Made by a program: the position numbers and the translations under genes
Shown: positions 58,587-64,000 of the stretch, piece by piece
Numbering within the stretch: position 1 is the stretch's first letter
Layout of the letters: each line of letters begins with the position of its first letter
Assembly: GCA_049510745.1 (NCBI GenBank)
Contig: JBEKYR010000015.1
Location: 42,858 to 106,857 of the forward strand
Direction: 5' to 3'
Length of the DNA stretch: 64,000 nucleotides
Source of the DNA: Verrucomicrobiota bacterium
GTDB lineage: Bacteria; Verrucomicrobiota; Verrucomicrobiia; Limisphaerales; Palsa-1400
Notes under the pieces: generated by a model
Seen by the model: the letters and a program-made list of their open reading frames with translations, nothing else
What the model was told of the DNA's origin: nothing
Database searches by the model: none

Positions 58587-60023
58587 TTGCCCGTGCCCGC
58601 TGCCCGCCCACAGCTTTACGCCCAATGGCGCGCCCAACAGGAGGCCCGCTTCCTTTTGCGCGAGCGCGACTCGCCGCAGCCGCCCGAACGCCTGCTGCAA
58701 AATATCTGGCACCACCAACGCCTCCGCCGCGACCTCCTCCGCACTCTCGACGGCCAGCCCGTCCGCGTGCTGCATCCCGGCTTCTGGAATCACGAGGCCG
58801 GGCCGGATTTTCGCGGGGCCATCCTGCAATTCGGCCAGGATGAGCCGCGCGAGGGCGACATCGAGGTCGATGTGCTGACCCAAAACTGGCAGGCGCATCA
58901 GCACGACCGCAACCCGGCCTTTGCCAATGTGATTTTGCACGTCGTTTGGACCGCCGGCCCCGCGGCCTCCGCCCCGGCGCCCGCCTTGGCGCTGCATGAA
59001 TTCCTCGACATGCCTCTCCACGAAATGCAGTTCTGGGCCGCCAGCGGCGCCGCCGAGCGCTGGCCGGAAAGTTTGCGCGGCGCCTGCTCCGCCCCGCTGG
59101 CCCAACTGCTCCCGGAGCAGAGGGACGATCTGTTGCGCCAGGCCGCGCTGGTCCGTTTTGAGCGCAAAGCCGGGGAATTGGAGAACCGCGCCCGGCAAGC
59201 CGGCTGGGAACAGGCGCTGTGGGAAGGCCTCTTCCGCGCCCTCGGCTACAAACAAAACGTCTGGGCCATGCAACGGGTCGCCGAGGTGCTGCCGTCCTTG
59301 CGCGAAGGAACCGATTCCTTGCTGGCGTGGCAGGCGCGATTGCTCGGCGTCAGCGGCTTTTTGCCGGGCGAACCGCCAGCCGCCGCCAGCGGACCGAGCG
59401 GCTATGTGCGCGCGTTGTGGGACCACTGGTGGCGCGAGCGCGACCAATTTCGCGGCGTGTTGCTGCCGAAAAAACTCTGGCGCATGCACGGCCTCCGCCC
59501 GGCCAACCAGCCGCAACGGCGCCTGGCCATGGCGGCCCACTGGCTGGCGGCGCGGGATTTCCCGGCCCGGTTGGAAGCGTGGTTCACGGCCGGGACGGCA
59601 TCCGGTCCGCTGCCCGCCTCGTTGCTCGCCTGCTTGCAACCGCCGGTGGACGACTTTTGGTCGTGGCACTGGAGCTTTTCCTCGCCGCGCCTGCCCAAGC
59701 CGCAACCCCTGTTGGGCGAATCCCGCGCGACAGACCTGGCCATTAACGTCATCCTCCCGTGGTTCTGGGCGCGGGCGCGCGCCGGAAAAAACGACCGCCT
59801 GGCCCGGACCGCCGAGGAGCGGTATCTGCTCTGGCCCGAAGCCCAGGACAACGCGCTCCTGCGCCTGGGCCGGCGCCGGTTATTGGGCGGGCCATCGTCC
59901 GCGCGCCTGAAGAGCGCCGTCAGCCAGCAGGGCCTGCTGCAAATCCTCCACGATTTTTGCGATCACTCCAACGCGCTCTGCGCCGACTGTAGCTTCCCGG
60001 ACCTGGTGCGCACATGTGTGTGA
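58587..60023 (+). CDS. DUF2851-family protein
   Basis: E.LLQ.IW, PG.WN..AGPDF..A, GDIEVD, W..H.HD.NP.F.NVILHVV, ALGY..N, RPAN.P..RL, QQGLLQI...FC....C..C. Confidence 0.85.
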   Translation: MPVPAARPQLYAQWRAQQEARFLLRERDSPQPPERLLQNIWHHQRLRRDLLRTLDGQPVRVLHPGFWNHEAGPDFRGAILQFGQDEPREGDIEVDVLTQNWQAHQHDRNPAFANVILHVVWTAGPAASAPAPALALHEFLDMPLHEMQFWAASGAAERWPESLRGACSAPLAQLLPEQRDDLLRQAALVRFERKAGELENRARQAGWEQALWEGLFRALGYKQNVWAMQRVAEVLPSLREGTDSLLAWQARLLGVSGFLPGEPPAAASGPSGYVRALWDHWWRERDQFRGVLLPKKLWRMHGLRPANQPQRRLAMAAHWLAARDFPARLEAWFTAGTASGPLPASLLACLQPPVDDFWSWHWSFSSPRLPKPQPLLGESRATDLAINVILPWFWARARAGKNDRLARTAEERYLLWPEAQDNALLRLGRRRLLGGPSSARLKSAVSQQGLLQILHDFCDHSNALCADCSFPDLVRTCV

Positions 60024-60172
60024 TGGGAATGTGGTCTTGAACTGCGCTGGTTACTTTTGAACTGGTAATTTCGGTTTTGAACCGAGAAAGTTCAATTCCA
60101 TTAAGAATAGACCGGGCAATGAGGAATGCTTGTGATAGCAAAGAAACAACTCGAGGACAGAACGATAGGCTG

Positions 60173-60268
60173 CGCTAACTCTTCGGCGGAGCGAATGGCT
60201 GGCCCGGAGTGGTCTTGGCTATTCGGAAGTCGCGAAAGGTCCAGCCATCGCTCGCCTCCACGTTAGCT
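60173..60268 (+). repeat. Integron attC site 1
   Basis: R'' cGCTAAC pairs with R' GTTAGCt. Internal imperfect inverted repeat gagcgaatggctgg / ccagccatcgctc with extrahelical bases. A cassette ATG follows 4 bp later. Confidence 0.8.
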
Positions 60269-60272
60269 CTGC

Positions 60273-60776
60273 ATGAGTGTCGAAATTCAAAATCGGGTGT
60301 GCATCACGACGCAACCCACGTTTTGGGAGCTTTTCCTCGGCTCGCTCGTCGCCATCCCATACCAGGGGTGGCTCATTCTCGTCCATGCGATCTTCCCACT
60401 GGCCGGACTGTTTCTGCTGCTGACACCGCTGCTTGGTTATCGCCTTGGTGCCGAGGAAATCATCGCTTCAATCCTGGCTTTCTCATTCACCCCGCTCATC
60501 ACAGTCTTGGCCATATGGTCCCTCCGCAGGCGCAACAAGCTGGCTCAGGGGCCCTTCACATACACCTTTGATAACGAGGGAATGCACACAAGCGGTTCGG
60601 CCTTCGACCAAATGATACGGTGGCCGGCGATACCCCGCATTCGTGTCTCGAAGCGGTTCCTGTTTGTTTTCATCGCGCCCGCCAGGGCGCATTGCATTCC
60701 GCTCAGGTCACTGACAGCCGCCGAAGATCTCGATCGTCTCCGCGCCATCGCTCGCGAGCACACAGATTTCCGATGA
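60273..60776 (+). CDS. YcxB-like membrane protein (gene cassette)
   Basis: Two TM helices followed by YTFDNEG.....W..I........F.......IP.R. Bounded by attC sites. Confidence 0.75.
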   Translation: MSVEIQNRVCITTQPTFWELFLGSLVAIPYQGWLILVHAIFPLAGLFLLLTPLLGYRLGAEEIIASILAFSFTPLITVLAIWSLRRRNKLAQGPFTYTFDNEGMHTSGSAFDQMIRWPAIPRIRVSKRFLFVFIAPARAHCIPLRSLTAAEDLDRLRAIAREHTDFR

Positions 60777-60786
60777 TCTATTTCAG

Positions 60787-60885
60787 AGCAAACCTCTGGG
60801 TGCAGGCGACGCGGGATGGCGCCTTCAGTTCCGCTTCGCGGTTCACGCGTTTTGGTCCCGCGTGCCTGAGCTCTGGGCGTTCGGC
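60787..60885 (+). repeat. Integron attC site 2
   Basis: agcAAAC...GTTCGGC with an internal inverted repeat caggcgacgcggga / tcccgcgtgcctg. Confidence 0.8.
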
Positions 60886-60900
60886 ACGAAAGAGCGCGCT

Positions 60901-61446
60901 ATGACGATTTTCCACGTTCTCTTATGGGCTGGGCTTATTTTCGGGGCAATGTGGGGGGGCAAGCTTGGTGGCCATTTCGGCATTCTCGCGGGAGTTGTTG
61001 GGGGTATCCTTGGTGCATGTATTGGGTTCGTTGCGGGGCGCATTCCGTTCATTTTGGTTCTGCGGTGTCTCCGGCGAGATCTCACAAAGAAGTCGGTTGA
61101 GGAGTTGCGAATGATGTTACGCGATCCGGGCTGTCTTATTCCAAACGCCGTGCTGCTTGAGCTTGGCTCACGCGGCCAGGACCTACAGCCGGAATTGCCA
61201 GTTGTATTGGACATGCTCGCCGCTTCGTCTCGCGACCGCCGCATCCGGGGGTGGCACGCCCTTGCCTCGGCTTTTCCGGACCGGGCGAAACTGCTCAGCG
61301 ATTATCGCCTGGATGACACTTCTGAGGAGTGCCAGAGAAAAGTTCAGAAACTCAGAAGTGCCGAACCAGGCGCGCAACAGAACCGCGGCCCCACCATGCC
61401 TGCGGATAATTCGGGAGCCACGGAGCGGCCGCCATCGGTGAGCTGA
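60901..61446 (+). CDS. Hypothetical membrane protein (gene cassette), reading through its attC
   Basis: Gly-rich N-terminal TMs. ATG is 15 bp after attC2. The C-terminal AEPGAQQNRGP...PPSVS* is encoded by attC3. Confidence 0.7.
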   Translation: MTIFHVLLWAGLIFGAMWGGKLGGHFGILAGVVGGILGACIGFVAGRIPFILVLRCLRRDLTKKSVEELRMMLRDPGCLIPNAVLLELGSRGQDLQPELPVVLDMLAASSRDRRIRGWHALASAFPDRAKLLSDYRLDDTSEECQRKVQKLRSAEPGAQQNRGPTMPADNSGATERPPSVS

Positions 61447-61455
61447 TTGTCAAAC
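61360..61455 (+). repeat. Integron attC site 3 (degenerate R')
   Basis: GCCGAAC...gcggcc...ggccgccatcggtgagctgatt followed by GTCAAAC instead of GTTRRRY. Confidence 0.6.
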
Positions 61456-61666
61456 CTCTCAATTCCCGGCATGATTCTCACCCTCACCGTTGATGAATTG
61501 ACGCACCAGGGATTCCGAACTCCTGTGGCCACGCGTCAGACGGCCACCATAGTCACGACTTTATTGTATGAAACGGGTGACGGATTTCTTAGGCATGGAG
61601 TTTTTGTGAGCTTCCTGCGGCTCCAGGTAGAGCGTTCAGTCATTCGGTTTCTTCGTGATACTGCCA

Positions 61667-62491
61667 TCAATCATAATCCGGTCGTCGCCTTCCATCCGAG
61701 CATCTCGAATCACAAGGACAGCCTGCCTTCGTGCCCCGATTACTCATGATGTTCTTGAATCTCGTTGCGCTGACCGGACGCTCCACAATCAGCCTTCCAT
61801 CGTAGATAATGCTGAACACGCCATAGGGTGTCGGAAGCTCCCTTGATGCCTTGGCGCTCCGGATTCGAACCACTTTCGGCTTCAGCCCCAGGGCTCGGGC
61901 CGCGTGCGAAATCCTCTCCACCGACTTGACGACATAAGGGCACTGATCGGCAGCCAGGATCGTGAGGCCCTTCGTGTGTCTCTTCAATACTCGCTCCCTG
62001 TCCACGATGAAACGAGGATCAGGCGCTGTTGCCTTGAATTTCTTGACGAGTAGCTCGTACGGCGGGTTACTCTCCACCGAGACAAAACCCGCCTTGATGA
62101 ACAAACCGCTTCCTGCCATGAAACTATCTGAACTTGTGACAACTGCGACCCCTCGGCACTTGCTTTTCCTCGCGTCCCTCAGACAATCATCCAGCAGGAC
62201 AGCGCCGAATCCTTTTCCTTTGTGCTTGCCTTTGACCATCAAGCAATGGATGACAAGGTAACCCTCCGCCTCGACGGGTCTCCACGCATGACTGCCAGGG
62301 GCATACTCGATCATCCCGATATCGCCGAATTCGCGTGAGCGGAGCAGCTTGTACCTCAGGCCTTCCGCGTAGCGATTCTTGAGCCAATCAGACTTGCGAC
62401 GATGTCCCTCGTTCTTGCCAGCCTTGTTGCCGCAGATACTGCATGCACCGATGTTGTCCGCATTAGTATCGACAATTTCGTACTCTTTCAT
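61667..62491 (-). CDS. GNAT acetyltransferase with a C-terminal YoaP-like domain
   Basis: K..WL..R..EGL, G.IEY.PG..AWRPV.A.GY..IHCL, KGKG.G..LL, QCPY, PTPYG.F...YDG. Confidence 0.85.
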   Translation of the reverse strand: MKEYEIVDTNADNIGACSICGNKAGKNEGHRRKSDWLKNRYAEGLRYKLLRSREFGDIGMIEYAPGSHAWRPVEAEGYLVIHCLMVKGKHKGKGFGAVLLDDCLRDARKSKCRGVAVVTSSDSFMAGSGLFIKAGFVSVESNPPYELLVKKFKATAPDPRFIVDRERVLKRHTKGLTILAADQCPYVVKSVERISHAARALGLKPKVVRIRSAKASRELPTPYGVFSIIYDGRLIVERPVSATRFKNIMSNRGTKAGCPCDSRCSDGRRRPDYD

Positions 62492-62780
62492 CCTGATCCT
62501 CCGCCCCGTCTGGCTTGGCTGCGTTGCGGCAGCCAATAAGTGCCACAAGTTTTATATTATACAACCGCCGGTTCGCTTATCGAACCCCCAAAAATATGGT
62601 CGCTTCGTGGCAAAAATCCAGCGTTTTCCATAAGCCTTAAGCAGCAACCCTTTAGACGACTTTCTGGTATTGGTCAGGTTCTCATCGGCTGGATTTTAGC
62701 AGGTTTTGACGACTTTTTTTCACCATCGGTCGAATAACTTGGCCCCTGTAAATGAAGGACTTACATTATCGGTTTAAGAC

Positions 62781-64000
62781 TAATGCCTTTCGGAAAATCA
62801 TGGCGGAAGGATTGTGATGGTGATAGGGCCCTGCGATGATGTGTTTTTGAGCAGGCGTGGCCAACTGCTAACGGGTTGACGGACCGCCCGCGGGCAGGAG
62901 CGGGCGCGGCGTTTAGAAGTCAGGCAGCGGCGCGCCTGCGCGTAAAACCGTTCCGTCAACTGTCGCTTTTGCCAATCCTCCAACAGGTCATCTCCCAAGG
63001 CGAACACCAGCCAGAGCGGACGCATCAATTCGAGCAATTTGATGAAGCTCACCCGTAAGACGGGCACCTTCCCGGCTGCGGCGCGATCCCGCTCCTGTGC
63101 CAGCAGCGCCGCCGCCAGCATCAGAGCGGCGATTTCCTGTGCGGCGGTATCCATGGTGTGGCTCGGGAGGACCTCGCTTTTGCGCAGGCAGTGCTTCAAT
63201 TGACGGTAGAATAATTCGTGCTCCCACCGTTTGGTGTAGAGTTCCACCAACTCTGGCGCGGGAGCCTCTTTGGGGTCCAGCAGGGTCGTCCAGAGCCGCA
63301 GTTCGAGGCTGCGAAAGCCTTTGCGCCCGACGCGGACCCGGATCTCCCGCAGGGTGAGCCAGTGCCGTATCACCTGCGGTCTGCCCTTTTGGCGTACGGG
63401 CACACGCACCAGGCGACTGCCGTCCTTGAGGCGCCGCACCAACTGCACCTGGATGTTCTGGCGGGCGCGAATCCAAAAATGACTGCCCACTCGTTGACAG
63501 GCCTGGAGAGCTTGCCAGGCGAAGGCCGCACACCCATACAGGCGGTCGGCCAGCAGCAGAGCCTTCTTGGGCAAGCGCGCCAACAAGCTCATCGCCAGTT
63601 CCCATTCCGACTGCCCTTTGTGCCCGATGGCCGCCGCCACGGGGTTGTGCAACCCCACTTCCAGCAGCACCCCGGTGACGATCTTGGCAAAGGCCGCGCG
63701 ACCGCGGCGCGTTTTGGCCTTGGTTTGCGTGGCTTTGACCGCCGGCGTGTTGGTCACACTGAATTGCGTGCCGTCGGTGGCCATCAGACGCCATCCGCGC
63801 CAGAAGGCTTCCGGGTGGCGCCGCCGCTGCACCAGCGGACGCAAGGCCCACTGCATCAACTGGGTAAAGACCTGCCACGGCAAACGCGCCCGCCGATCCG
63901 ACCACGAACTGTCGGCCAAGGGGGCCTGATACAACTGGAAGAAGTGTTCGGCCAATGTGCCGGCGCCGCTCATGAAGTGAAAGATCAGGGCGGGCAGCAA
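62781..64000 (-). mobile_element. IS4-family insertion sequence, partial (continues beyond the window)
   Basis: DDE transposase. The terminus TAATGCC at 62781, 17 bp beyond the stop, matches IS4-type ends. Confidence 0.85.
62798..64000 (-). CDS. IS4-family DDE transposase, 5'-partial
   Basis: ATDGT, LADRLY and YTKRWEHELFYRQLK (Y-2-R-3-E-6-K signature). Confidence 0.9.
   Translation of the reverse strand: MLPALIFHFMSGAGTLAEHFFQLYQAPLADSSWSDRRARLPWQVFTQLMQWALRPLVQRRRHPEAFWRGWRLMATDGTQFSVTNTPAVKATQTKAKTRRGRAAFAKIVTGVLLEVGLHNPVAAAIGHKGQSEWELAMSLLARLPKKALLLADRLYGCAAFAWQALQACQRVGSHFWIRARQNIQVQLVRRLKDGSRLVRVPVRQKGRPQVIRHWLTLREIRVRVGRKGFRSLELRLWTTLLDPKEAPAPELVELYTKRWEHELFYRQLKHCLRKSEVLPSHTMDTAAQEIAALMLAAALLAQERDRAAAGKVPVLRVSFIKLLELMRPLWLVFALGDDLLEDWQKRQLTERFYAQARRCLTSKRRARSCPRAVRQPVSSWPRLLKNTSSQGPITITILPP

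Noticed and set aside
61456..61666. Further cassette gene (61447-61749 ORF) after attC3
   Set aside because: It has a weak start, no following attC or recognisable motif, and overlaps the 3' end of the GNAT gene.

Overview
GC-rich bacterial chromosome segment. Gene content and style suggest Verrucomicrobiota (Pedosphaera-like); this is an inference. In order: a partial BspA-type LRR protein, an ECF sigma factor, a sigma-54 activator fragment, a minus-strand cofactor/LPS cluster (thiG, heptose kinase, panB, moaC, mog), and a small AT-rich two-gene islet. Next is a 17-kb flagellar basal-body/export operon (flgB to flhF) behind a sigma-54 promoter. Its export, ATPase, MS-ring, rod and hook genes look intact, but the fliG slot holds only a 28-codon FliG-tail-like remnant, no motA/motB is present, and FliM lacks its CheY-P-binding N-terminus. 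This is the best candidate for an unusual system: a rotor-less flagellar T3SS, or a decaying flagellum. A convergent nuoB-N operon follows (no nuoA). It is interrupted by an aspartyl protease gene and by a restriction-modification pair plus an antisense tRNA-Gln(CTG). After that come a haem-binding protein, lolD/lolE, a sigma-54-preceded minor pilin cluster ending in a membrane-anchored DUF4357 fusion, AsmA/DUF4340/Gld-like ABC genes, HtrA, vapBC, two internally deleted gene remnants, DUF2851, a three-attC cassette array with no integrase in the window, a GNAT/YoaP gene and a partial IS4-family element. All family assignments come from motif recognition by eye, not from database searches.
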